From the sequence record OL615011: a DNA stretch of 64,000 nucleotides. One strand, written 5' to 3'. The notes below the pieces were generated by a model. The model was not told the origin of the DNA, searched no databases, and worked only from the letters and a program-made list of their open reading frames with translations. The DNA comes from Shigella phage vB_SboS_Gloob. Numbering within the stretch: position 1 is the first letter of the stretch; each line of letters opens with the position of its first letter. Positions 55,535 through 64,000 of the stretch are shown here, in pieces. A program made the translations under genes and the position numbers.

Positions 55535-56329
55535 TTAACTGAAACTCTTGTATGCAGCAGCGAGCTTCGTGTCGTACTGGTTCTTGGCATACGCCGGACC
55601 ATTATAGCGCCGCGCAAACTCAGCCCAGTTCTTGTCCTTCAGAGCCTGCCAGAGCTTGGCGTCGGCCTTGATGAACTTCACGAATGCCATCAGATGGGCG
55701 CGTTCGCCTGTCAAGAAGTCATTGAACATCTCCTTGGCGTTGGCGTACCCACAGACCTGGCAGTTGAAGCCCATGATCTGGAAGAGGCCGTATGAAGCGC
55801 TCTCGTACGCACAATCCTCATCGATGTTGATGGCCGCATGAAGTCTATCCAACTCTGCATCGCCGCCCGTGTACCCGCCTGCCACTGGACTGACAAGGGT
55901 TGGATACATCTGACCAGCAGCATTCGCCCGAGCCTGCCCGAACTTCGCCATCATCTTCTTGTACATGATGTGACGCTCAAACAACGTCTTGATCTTACCA
56001 GACTTGGTGAAGCCAGTGCCACGGGATTCAACCTGATTGACTGCCTTCACAGAGGCGAGGTCAACCCCCAGCTGGTTGGCTGCATCGATAAGGTCAGCCT
56101 CAGTCAGGTGATCCTGATGGGCGTCTCCGGCGTTGCGAATAGCATAGGAGGTCTTTGGACCCACAATACCATCAATGACAAGCCCCGCACCCGCCTGAAC
56201 GGATTTGACAGCGTTCTCTGTTGCCTTACCAAAGATGCCGTCAGCGACGAGGGTGAAGCCGATTTTGTTGAGGCTCTGCTGAAGTGCCTTCACTTCAGTG
56301 CCACGGTTGCCAAGTTTTAGAATGGCCAT
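55535..56329 (-). CDS. endolysin: N-terminal peptidoglycan-binding domain plus C-terminal muramidase-like domain
   Basis: PG_binding_1-like repeat (GTEVKALQQSLNKIGF...DGIFGKATENAV...DGIVGPKTSYAI); GGAGG RBS. Confidence 0.7.
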   Translation of the reverse strand: MAILKLGNRGTEVKALQQSLNKIGFTLVADGIFGKATENAVKSVQAGAGLVIDGIVGPKTSYAIRNAGDAHQDHLTEADLIDAANQLGVDLASVKAVNQVESRGTGFTKSGKIKTLFERHIMYKKMMAKFGQARANAAGQMYPTLVSPVAGGYTGGDAELDRLHAAINIDEDCAYESASYGLFQIMGFNCQVCGYANAKEMFNDFLTGERAHLMAFVKFIKADAKLWQALKDKNWAEFARRYNGPAYAKNQYDTKLAAAYKSFS

Positions 56330-56397
56330 AAGAAAATACCTCCGCAATGAATGCGAAGGTATTTAAAGTGAAAGTGAACTACTTGAGGGAGTGTGTA

Positions 56398-56733
56398 CTA
56401 CATTTCTTTGAGCAGCGTTGCCATAAATTCCACCTTCTTGCGCAAACTGATGTACGCTTCCGGAGCCGATTTGCCACGCCCTTCTAATGAATCCCACCCG
56501 ATGATTTTCGCCGACCAAAGTTTCTCATACTGATGGTAGGTCATCAAAAACGACTTACGACACATTTTGATGTCTGCGCCTTCTATGTTTCTGAGTATTT
56601 CCCAGTCCACCTGGCCCAAAGAAATTTTGAGTTCATACAGAGCCAATCTTGACAATTCCAAGTTATTCTTTGGAGTGCCTTCTGGTTTACCTGGCTCTGT
56701 TATGGCCAAAGCCTCTTGTTTTGTTAGTTTCAT
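56398..56733 (-). CDS. hypothetical protein
   Basis: 111-aa ORF. Confidence 0.45.
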   Translation of the reverse strand: MKLTKQEALAITEPGKPEGTPKNNLELSRLALYELKISLGQVDWEILRNIEGADIKMCRKSFLMTYHQYEKLWSAKIIGWDSLEGRGKSAPEAYISLRKKVEFMATLLKEM

Positions 56734-56918
56734 CTTGCTACCACCACTGGCATAACTTCTCTGAAGGACGTACGAACTTCGACGTCGTACCCGTATTTTT
56801 CAAGGACTGCCAGCATCGCCTGCTCGAGTTCCTCTTGGAACTGAGGGAAGACTTTGTTCGGAATGCGGTCGGCAACCCAGAGAGCGCCTGAAGAGGCTTG
56901 GATGACAGCGCGGGACAT
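56730..56918 (-). CDS. hypothetical protein
   Basis: 62-aa ORF overlapping downstream start. Confidence 0.4.
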   Translation of the reverse strand: MSRAVIQASSGALWVADRIPNKVFPQFQEELEQAMLAVLEKYGYDVEVRTSFREVMPVVVAR

Positions 56919-56972
56919 AATGGTCTCCTACCAAAAATCTGAATAAGGAGGGGAGTTTCCTCCCCCTTTCGA

Positions 56973-57461
56973 TTAAGCCAGTTTACCCACCAGGGTCTGA
57001 ACGTCTTTGGCGGTCAGTTTACCCATTTTGACGTACTGAGCTTTTGCTTCACCACCAGCCGCTTTCACGATGTCTTCGTTTGCGTAGCCTTTCTTAGGGA
57101 AGACCATCACAGAGAAGGAACCGTTGTTCAGCGGGTTCAGCTGGATGCGACCTTTACCAACTACGATGGTGCCGTAAGTTTCGGTATTCGCTTCGACGAC
57201 GTGGATGTCGTGACCCAGGTCTTTCAGCATGCCAACTTTGTCGGCAGTCTTAGCAACCACAGCTTTGTCAACCACAACCTGCTCTACCAGGGTGAAGCCG
57301 TTGGTCGCTTTTACTTTGCCGTTCAGCAGGTTCATGAAGGAAGTTTTACCACCAGTGAAGCCAGCTGCCTGAGCGATGCGGAACATTTCAACTTTAGCAA
57401 CTTCGGTGTTCAGTTCGAAAGAGATGGTGCCGTTGGTGATCAGAGTTTTGGTAGTAGCCAT
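56973..57461 (-). CDS. hypothetical protein (possibly abundant/structural)
   Basis: internal ATG (MATTKTL); long structured AT-rich leader upstream. Confidence 0.5.
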   Translation of the reverse strand: MATTKTLITNGTISFELNTEVAKVEMFRIAQAAGFTGGKTSFMNLLNGKVKATNGFTLVEQVVVDKAVVAKTADKVGMLKDLGHDIHVVEANTETYGTIVVGKGRIQLNPLNNGSFSVMVFPKKGYANEDIVKAAGGEAKAQYVKMGKLTAKDVQTLVGKLA

Positions 57462-57608
57462 GATGTAATTCCTCATAATGTAGTTGGTTCGTTTCACTTT
57501 TCATTCGGCGGTGTGTTGCCGCCCTATGTGAACTATAATAGTGCATCATTATTGAAGAGTAAAGTCTTTTTCAATAAATTTTTAAAATAATTTTGAAGTA
57601 TTTTAAAA

Positions 57609-57627
57609 GGCCTCATTCGACGAGGCC
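57609..57627 (-). terminator. rho-independent terminator
   Basis: ggcctcattcgacgaggcc hairpin; TTTTAAAAT on minus strand. Confidence 0.5.
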
Positions 57628-57656
57628 TGGAGGGAGGTGATGTGAAGTAAAAAGTT

Positions 57657-57863
57657 TTAGCTCGGGCGAACTCTTACAAACTCGCGAGCCAATTCGGCCT
57701 GCTCAGCACTGATGGGAACCCCATGGAAGTCCACCTGGCCATTCTTCCAGCCGTGGATGAAACTCGGGGACTCTTCCCCAGATAGGACATACCCCTCACG
57801 AGATTTCAAGTATCCCCGCACGATCTCCCCGTCGTCCAGTTTGTTCAGTTCTTCTAACGTCAT
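57657..57863 (-). CDS. hypothetical protein
   Basis: 68-aa ORF immediately downstream of primase. Confidence 0.45.
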   Translation of the reverse strand: MTLEELNKLDDGEIVRGYLKSREGYVLSGEESPSFIHGWKNGQVDFHGVPISAEQAELAREFVRVRPS

Positions 57864-58918
57864 TTCACTTTCCTCAGTTCAGCGAATTGCAATGAAGCAG
57901 CCATACCCTGGTAGACGTTCTTGGCGATCAGCTTCAGGAGGTCTTGTATCGGCATGTTGCCCTTTGACGGCATGACCATGTCGTTGATATCCTTCCACGG
58001 AACGTCCGGTGGGAACAGCACGACCTTGACACCTTTATCTATCATCTTCTGAATACCGTCACACACCTGCGGGTTCCGGTACTGATTATCAGGGATATAG
58101 ATGTCGCCCTTCACGCTCAACAAGTCGGCATCTGCTGACGCCATACAATTCGGCAGGAAGAGGCTATCAATCGGACCTTCCACCACCAGCTTGGTCTTGT
58201 GAATGTTCACCCGGTCTTCCCCATAGACTTTGGTGTCCTCGTCCTTGGGCTTGACTGTCGCGTATCGCAGGGTCGCGTTCTTGTCGAATGCACGCCCCTG
58301 AACGACCTTCATCCGCCCGTCTTGCGTCCAGAATGGAATCACCAGCCGTTCGTCATCAGGGATCTTCAGTTGCTTTTCGGGGTCTGTTTCAAACAGCTTC
58401 AGGTCTTCACGAAAGCGCTGTGTGTAGTACAGTAAGGACCAAGTGCTCTCCGGCAGCCCTCGCCACTGTACGTACTGTCGAGCCTTATGGTCAGGCGGTA
58501 GTAGATCAAGCCGGAGCATATTGCCGAGGAGGCTCTCGTCGCGTTTTGCCGCCACTGAGCCAATACGGGCGGTCTGTGTCAGCTTTGGCAACGGCTTCAG
58601 GGAAGGAAGTGGTCTGCCCGACGTATCACCCAGCAGGCGGAACTTCTCCATGTTGTACTCTGTTGAGAGGCGCTCATCGAACTTCTTCAGCCAGAACTCA
58701 AATGACCAGCCATTCATCTGGTTGCAGTTGTGGCACTTGAACCGGAAGCAGTCATGATCCCGATCATAGAAGAAGTATCCACGGCGCTTGTTAGCAGACT
58801 TCGTGGAGTCACCACACAGGGGACAACGGAAGTTTGCGACAGTACCAACGCGCTCCCACTTGAACTTGTCAAGGCGGGGCGACACGTTGTTGATAAATTG
58901 CTCGTCAAGAAATTTCAT
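57860..58918 (-). CDS. DNA primase (T4 gp61-like)
   Basis: N-terminal zinc ribbon (FRCPLCGDS...CHNCN) and TOPRIM (LVVEGPIDSLFL) resembling T4 gp61 as recalled. Confidence 0.8.
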   Translation of the reverse strand: MKFLDEQFINNVSPRLDKFKWERVGTVANFRCPLCGDSTKSANKRRGYFFYDRDHDCFRFKCHNCNQMNGWSFEFWLKKFDERLSTEYNMEKFRLLGDTSGRPLPSLKPLPKLTQTARIGSVAAKRDESLLGNMLRLDLLPPDHKARQYVQWRGLPESTWSLLYYTQRFREDLKLFETDPEKQLKIPDDERLVIPFWTQDGRMKVVQGRAFDKNATLRYATVKPKDEDTKVYGEDRVNIHKTKLVVEGPIDSLFLPNCMASADADLLSVKGDIYIPDNQYRNPQVCDGIQKMIDKGVKVVLFPPDVPWKDINDMVMPSKGNMPIQDLLKLIAKNVYQGMAASLQFAELRKVK

Positions 58919-59189
58919 TTATCCACCCGGTACGGAAAAGGATAGATTTATACTCTTCCACCATGTCCTGGTCGTAATCAGTTTGACGGGAATACGATTG
59001 GGCTTCAGCACAATCAGCGCCAAGTTCCACAGAAGCCATAGCGGCTTTCATGTTCAATTTATTTTTGTACTCAGAAACCATCCCATGTCTTTCCAAATAT
59101 TCACTTGCCTGGATAAATCGTTTTTCTCTGGCGAACATTAGACCATAGTTGATTTCTGAAAACTCTCTGTTGTATGCTTCTAATGACAT
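58905..59189 (-). CDS. hypothetical protein
   Basis: 94-aa ORF. Confidence 0.45.
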   Translation of the reverse strand: MSLEAYNREFSEINYGLMFAREKRFIQASEYLERHGMVSEYKNKLNMKAAMASVELGADCAEAQSYSRQTDYDQDMVEEYKSILFRTGWINEIS

Positions 59190-59198
59190 AATGACCTC

Positions 59199-59810
59199 TT
59201 AAATCGCTGGCCTCTGGAACACTTCGGTCACAGTATAGTCTACACCACGACTTTGAGCTATACACAGTTGGCGCCAAGCCCCATACAGGATATTCTGTTC
59301 CCCAGCCGTGTTGCGCTCAAAGTGGGCGAAGCCGTCCAGGAGATCCATGTAGCTGCGCATATGCCGGGTAACGGTTCTTCCTCTCTTGATCTGTTCATCA
59401 AGATACTTCTGATAATGCTCTGGTGATGACAATGAAGAGTACTGCATGTCTGGCACATGAACTGGCATCAGGGACTTGCGGGGTGTGAAGTAGAACAACC
59501 CCCACTTTGGTGGCAGGTCTTCAACCCTGATCACATCCTGAGGGCAGACATAAAAGCGGTATGCACCCATCCCTGTTGTGGGGTCCATCCGATGGGGCTT
59601 CTTCTTGTCGGTGAGGAAGTCGGCGCGGGACACCTTCACTTCCATCAGGACAGAGCACCCACCTGAACGAAACCCGATGGCATCAGGTGATTCTTTGTTG
59701 TCAAACGAATTTGGCTCGATGAAGACAGCGCCGCAGTTCATGCGACCGCGCAGGTAGTTGGCCGCGATCTCACATCCTTCACGATGTGTCGGGGTAAAGA
59801 TTTTGCTCAT
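59199..59810 (-). CDS. PD-(D/E)XK nuclease-like protein
   Basis: PDAIGF ... LMEVK core motif; AAGGA RBS before ATG. Confidence 0.5.
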   Translation of the reverse strand: MSKIFTPTHREGCEIAANYLRGRMNCGAVFIEPNSFDNKESPDAIGFRSGGCSVLMEVKVSRADFLTDKKKPHRMDPTTGMGAYRFYVCPQDVIRVEDLPPKWGLFYFTPRKSLMPVHVPDMQYSSLSSPEHYQKYLDEQIKRGRTVTRHMRSYMDLLDGFAHFERNTAGEQNILYGAWRQLCIAQSRGVDYTVTEVFQRPAI

Positions 59811-59867
59811 TGTCCTTTCCTTTCGGTGAATAATGAGCAAAATTATATGCCTTTATTTCGTATTGAC

Positions 59868-60221
59868 TTACGACAGCTGCTTCAGTTTGTAGATCGTCTG
59901 ATAGCACAGCGTCTTGATTTCATCAAGCGTGTTCTGAAGGTGGGAGTCGCACTGCCTGTAGATGCCATCGACGTCTATCACCACGCTGTTGACATAGGAG
60001 ATAGGGTCTGGGTTATAGAGCTTGATGTTCTCAAACGACGGAACGTACTGGCCACCCGCACCGATGTATGCTTCGGTAAACGTGTCCAGCAAGTCCTCCA
60101 GTTCCCCGTAGAACTCCCCGAGAGCTTTGTGCTTGGCGTAGGACGTTGTAACGAAGTGCAGGGCATGAGAGTGGGCTATAGCAAGCAGTCCACGGTTGAT
60201 GAAAATACTCGCGTTAACCAT
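59868..60221 (-). CDS. hypothetical protein
   Basis: 117-aa ORF. Confidence 0.45.
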   Translation of the reverse strand: MVNASIFINRGLLAIAHSHALHFVTTSYAKHKALGEFYGELEDLLDTFTEAYIGAGGQYVPSFENIKLYNPDPISYVNSVVIDVDGIYRQCDSHLQNTLDEIKTLCYQTIYKLKQLS

Positions 60222-60310
60222 GATTTGTTTCCTGTATTGTGAACCATCTAGTATTTAGTGTTAATGGGTCCATGAGGTACTATATAGAATAATATAACTG
60301 GAGAACGAAA

Positions 60311-60916
60311 ATGAAAACTTTTCAAGACTTTTTGACCGAAGCCGCGCCGCCGATGTCTGTTCATATCAAGGCAGACAAGATCGGCAAGTCCACCGAAGAC
60401 AATATCGGTACTTTCTTGCGAGTTAGTGTTAGTGGCGACAAAGCTACTTTTGAAACCCCAGACGGGCGCAAGATAATCCTGACCAATGCCAAAGACATCA
60501 TTTCCGCATCTGGCCTGAAAGATGGCCAGTTTGCCAGTGCCCAGATGATTGACAAGGTTGATACTGACACCGCTGTCAAGTACAACAAATCAGGCAAATA
60601 TATTGACTTGTTGGATGTCAAATCAGGTATGGGCAATTCCTTTATCTCCATTGACGGTAACAAGCAATGGAAAGAAATGACCGAAGGTGGTTGGTATGCG
60701 TATAAAGGCGGTCGCCCCGGCTTGGCTCGTTATAAGATCGCCATGGTTATGGGACCTCATGCGGGTATGCCATCTCCTGGGGAAGATATTGAATACGAGT
60801 TACCGAATGGCGGCAAAGAACGCGGAACCGTCATGAAACTGAATGGTGCATCCAAGCTGATGGACGTCAAAAACGAAAAAGGTAAGAAAGTACAAGTCAG
60901 TATGTATGTGAAATAA
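60311..60916 (+). CDS. internal-protein-like protein with CTS-like N-terminus (MKTFQDFLTE)
   Basis: N-terminal decapeptide nearly matches T4 capsid targeting sequence; L-x-E cleavage context. Confidence 0.6.
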   Translation: MKTFQDFLTEAAPPMSVHIKADKIGKSTEDNIGTFLRVSVSGDKATFETPDGRKIILTNAKDIISASGLKDGQFASAQMIDKVDTDTAVKYNKSGKYIDLLDVKSGMGNSFISIDGNKQWKEMTEGGWYAYKGGRPGLARYKIAMVMGPHAGMPSPGEDIEYELPNGGKERGTVMKLNGASKLMDVKNEKGKKVQVSMYVK

Positions 60917-60920
60917 CAAA

Positions 60921-60940
60921 AACCCCGCCGAAGCGGGGTT
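60921..60940. terminator. bidirectional terminator
   Basis: aaccccgccgaagcggggtt hairpin with A-run and T-run on either side, between convergent genes. Confidence 0.65.
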
Positions 60941-60944
60941 TCTT

Positions 60945-61427
60945 TTATGGCTTGACCAGAGTCATCTTGACGGTTTCACCCGTGTCGGTGTCTGTCAGGG
61001 TCATGACGTCTTGTGCGTTCACAGACTTCACTTTCCCTTGTCGCTTGTCGCCGTTGCGGTTGTAGTAGTCGATCAGTTCGCCTTTGGTTGGGCGGCCAAC
61101 ATCGGTGATGTCATACTGGCCGCGCTTCCCCAGCGCCCGGTGATCCACGCCTTCGGTCTTTAGATTCTTAACCCCCTCCAGGAATGCTTTGAGTAGATCG
61201 CCTGGGATAGGGGGCAGCTTCAGCTTCTCGGCCAATTCCTGTGGCTCACCTTTGATGGTCGAACCACTAGGGGACTTGTGCCCGTAGAACGTACCAGGAG
61301 TCTTGCCTTGATAGATTGAATAGCTCGGACCTTTGCTGTCGTACACAAGGGAACAAGTCCATTCAGTCTTGACTAAACGCCAACCAACTTGCTTGACCTC
61401 CGTTAGGAAGTCCTGGAACCCTTTCAT
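60945..61427 (-). CDS. internal-protein-like protein with CTS-like N-terminus (MKGFQDFLTE)
   Basis: same N-terminal motif as 60311 and 6315 genes; unrelated body. Confidence 0.6.
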   Translation of the reverse strand: MKGFQDFLTEVKQVGWRLVKTEWTCSLVYDSKGPSYSIYQGKTPGTFYGHKSPSGSTIKGEPQELAEKLKLPPIPGDLLKAFLEGVKNLKTEGVDHRALGKRGQYDITDVGRPTKGELIDYYNRNGDKRQGKVKSVNAQDVMTLTDTDTGETVKMTLVKP

Positions 61428-61435
61428 ACATCCCC

Positions 61436-62005
61436 CTAGACAGGCTTAACGCCGAGGAACTTGGCAATGTCAGCAGCCAGGTTTTTACCCTTGCTGATAT
61501 CCTGCTCCTTGCCGTTGCAGGTGACGATCACATACGGGTCATCTTCACCACCGAAGTTCACGGTGATCGCCTTGCCGATGCCAGGGATGCCAGAGTATTC
61601 GAACTCAGTGCGACCACTCTTGCGGGACTTGCCAACACCCAGTGCTTTACCGATCATCTTGTCCATGTTCGCCAGTTCCTGAGCATAGGCTTCGGTCACC
61701 TGGCCTTTGTCGGCAGACTTGCCAAAGAAGAATTCGAAGCCGTCATGGACAGCAACGACTTCCTGACCTTGGGAGATACCGTGAGTCTGGTCTGGGGTCA
61801 GCTTCACCTTGATGTTGTTGCCGTTGGTTAACTCCAGGTTGTAGACATCCGCCTGATTGTCAGGAGTGATCTGGGTCACGGTAGCACCGGAGCACCACTG
61901 AGTGCCGTCAGCTTGCTTGGTGATGGATACGCTTTTGCCCTGGACACCAGCATGGGTCTGAGGCTGAGCAGCTTGTTCTTTAAAGTATTGAAGGAACGGT
62001 TTCAT
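61436..62005 (-). CDS. internal-protein-like protein with divergent CTS-like N-terminus (MKPFLQYFKE)
   Basis: MK-x-F ... F-x-E pattern; TATAAATA box and GAGGAG RBS upstream. Confidence 0.55.
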   Translation of the reverse strand: MKPFLQYFKEQAAQPQTHAGVQGKSVSITKQADGTQWCSGATVTQITPDNQADVYNLELTNGNNIKVKLTPDQTHGISQGQEVVAVHDGFEFFFGKSADKGQVTEAYAQELANMDKMIGKALGVGKSRKSGRTEFEYSGIPGIGKAITVNFGGEDDPYVIVTCNGKEQDISKGKNLAADIAKFLGVKPV

Positions 62006-62030
62006 CTTGAATCTCCTCGGGGATTTCAGT

Positions 62031-62038
62031 TATTTATA
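62031..62038 (-). promoter_or_regulatory. T4-type late promoter box TATAAATA (minus strand)
   Basis: exact TATAAATA about 25 nt upstream of ATG at 62005. Confidence 0.45.
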
Positions 62039-62062
62039 AGCCCCCGAAGGGGCTTTAGATGA

Positions 62063-64000
62063 TCAGATCTTAATCTGCATGTTGCCGCCCAGGGACTGCT
62101 CATACTCACTGTATGCGCTCTCCCCGTCGTCTTTCGCCCACTGGTCAGACTGCTGGGCGCGAGCCAGAGTCATCAGGTTTGGTTCAGTCGGGTTGTAACC
62201 CTTGGACTTCGCATCCTGGTACAGAGTCTGCAGGTACTGGTTGGCGCGGTCAATCTGAGCTTTGAACTCGCGATATGCACCTTCAGTTGTATTGCGGCGG
62301 AAGGTGATATCCCAGTCCACGTTCAGAGTCTGACCATCACGGCTTGCATAGATCTGCCAATCCAGGTCGCGACCTTTTGGAGCGTTGTCGCGGATGGAAC
62401 CAGCGTATGTTGCAAGGTCAACACCAGTCTTCTTAGCAGTATCCGGTTCTTTATCCAGGCGTTCTGTTTCTTTGGACAGGATACCCAACATAAATTCATT
62501 GGTGCGGCGATCCGCCATGTCGTGCCCGCGCCAAAGGACTGAACCGTTGTTGTCAACAAAAATGTCGTCCAAAAATACTTGTTTCGGATTATGTGACGTG
62601 CTGTTCAGAGTTTGCATATTCCGAGATATCATTTCCATTTTAGAAGAAATTTCATCGATCACGGCCTGAACAATATCTTTCTTCAAAGGAAGTTCATATG
62701 TCTTCGGATTGTTCAACAGTCGCCCTTTCTGAGAGATCATCGGCGTGAACGCGACTTTTCCTTTGTCGTAGTAATAGGTCACATTCGTGGTCAATACAGC
62801 ACCATCATACTTCCCAGTTTTCGGGAAATTGACACCAGACCAAGTGATGGACATACCGTTGACAGTCTCACCAAACACCATGGCGTTGCGCGGCATCTTC
62901 AGGGTTCCAGAGTTGACCAGATCAGCGCCCTGGGCATTCAGGTCGATAGAACCATAGATGGTCCCGCTACGATCTTTCAGCATCAGGGTCTTGTCGCCCT
63001 TCTCTGGGATGATTTCCAGCAGGTGCTTGCCGCGCAGAGGCTCTTTGTTGAGTTCCAACAGAGCAGTGTTCCCTGGCTTCACACGATTCAGGACAGCGTC
63101 GGACACTTTCAGAGTCCAGTTTGCGGTTTCCACATAACCCCAGCCCTGAGAATGACGGATGGCCTTGATAGGGTATGGGGCACTCATTGGCACTGCGCTG
63201 ATTTCCCATTCGCCGCGATACTGATGTTCAGCGACGTATGTGATCGTTTCCATGATTTCGTTTGCCACCCGACGAGCATCGCCAGAGATGACACCAGGCT
63301 GAGTTTCGATTTCAGAGAACACGTTGTAGGTCAGATTCTTGCCATCGACTGAATCGAAGCTGACGATGATCACCAGACCACCTTTAGTTTGATAACGCGC
63401 CTGTCCGATCTTCTTAATGCTTTCCCCTGGGAGATAGCTTGCTTTCTGGTCAATGTTGGTATCAATGATACCCAGAACACGAGCGATGAAACCGCTGTCA
63501 CGCAATTGATCGATACTGGTTGCCCCGATTGTGGTGTTGGAGTCAGCTGGCGCGGTCTTCTGCTGAGAACCTTTCCAAAATTTTGTGGACGCCGTGGTGA
63601 AATCATTCAAGATACTGATAGGGACTTGCGGTAATTTCAACTGACGAGCAATGAAATCAGCACTTTGCCCACGCACAGATTTCTCATTCATGTATGCGCC
63701 AACATACACGCCTGGCTCATTGTAGTGGGGAGCGATATTTGCCGTGTTCATGCGGCCTCTCTCCTTACCAACCCATATCAACATGGGTTGATCCCCGTTT
63801 GAAGTTAATTTCCATCCGTTGGAATCATCAACAGAAGATGAAGCCCCCACATCTGGGGTATTGTCTTGAACCGGAACGTCACCGACCTTGTCTGGGTCAT
63901 CCCAGGTGATACCCTGCATCTTCGGACCGTCGAATACCTGAGCAGGATCTTTGCCCTTACGGACCAACCACACATAACCACGGTCGGGGACGGGCGCATA
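62063..64000 (-). CDS. large hypothetical protein, 5' end beyond window
   Basis: reading frame stays open to position 64000 (track start at 63973 is an internal GTG); more than 645 aa. Confidence 0.6.
   Translation of the reverse strand, partial: YAPVPDRGYVWLVRKGKDPAQVFDGPKMQGITWDDPDKVGDVPVQDNTPDVGASSSVDDSNGWKLTSNGDQPMLIWVGKERGRMNTANIAPHYNEPGVYVGAYMNEKSVRGQSADFIARQLKLPQVPISILNDFTTASTKFWKGSQQKTAPADSNTTIGATSIDQLRDSGFIARVLGIIDTNIDQKASYLPGESIKKIGQARYQTKGGLVIIVSFDSVDGKNLTYNVFSEIETQPGVISGDARRVANEIMETITYVAEHQYRGEWEISAVPMSAPYPIKAIRHSQGWGYVETANWTLKVSDAVLNRVKPGNTALLELNKEPLRGKHLLEIIPEKGDKTLMLKDRSGTIYGSIDLNAQGADLVNSGTLKMPRNAMVFGETVNGMSITWSGVNFPKTGKYDGAVLTTNVTYYYDKGKVAFTPMISQKGRLLNNPKTYELPLKKDIVQAVIDEISSKMEMISRNMQTLNSTSHNPKQVFLDDIFVDNNGSVLWRGHDMADRRTNEFMLGILSKETERLDKEPDTAKKTGVDLATYAGSIRDNAPKGRDLDWQIYASRDGQTLNVDWDITFRRNTTEGAYREFKAQIDRANQYLQTLYQDAKSKGYNPTEPNLMTLARAQQSDQWAKDDGESAYSEYEQSLGGNMQIKI

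Noticed and set aside
1-64000. tRNA genes
   Set aside because: No cloverleaf-compatible sequence with a GGTTCGAAT-type T-loop was noticed in intergenic regions; a dedicated tRNA scan would be needed to be certain.
1-64000. CRISPR array, integrase, transposase or prophage boundary
   Set aside because: No regularly spaced direct repeats and no tyrosine/serine recombinase or transposase motifs seen; gene content is that of a lytic T4-like phage.

Overview
This 64 kb window is a densely packed, two-strand coding segment of a large virulent T4-like dsDNA myovirus; gene content is most consistent with an Ackermannviridae-type phage, but that is inference from protein motifs only. No tRNA, rRNA, CRISPR array, integrase or transposase was recognised. 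Recognisable genes include rIIA/rIIB at the left edge, a two-subunit type II topoisomerase, DexA-like exonuclease, dCMP deaminase, a tail/baseplate block with tape measure, gp59-like loader, DNA ligase, DnaB-type helicase, UvsX, gp32, baseplate spike and gp25-like wedge, glutaredoxin-NrdB-NrdA, PhoH, endolysin and primase. The most interesting signals are: (1) four proteins whose N-termini (MKGFQDFLTE, MKTFQDFLTE) mimic the T4 internal-protein capsid targeting sequence, three of them clustered at 60.3-62.0 kb, suggesting packaged and injected effectors; (2) a nucleotide module (gp56-like pyrophosphatase, gp1-like dNMP kinase, divergent thymidylate-synthase-family enzyme, extra P-loop kinase) that looks like a thymidine base-replacement/hypermodification pathway; (3) a QueC-like PP-loop ATPase next to a metallophosphoesterase; (4) a macro-domain protein, a C39-like peptidase between the topoisomerase genes, a PspA-like protein and a RuvC-like resolvase. 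Intergenic regions carry many GC-rich tetraloop terminator hairpins and two exact TATAAATA late-promoter-like boxes. All calls rest on reading the supplied translations and sequence; no database search was run, and starts were adjusted by eye from the ORF track, which uses GTG/TTG as well as ATG.
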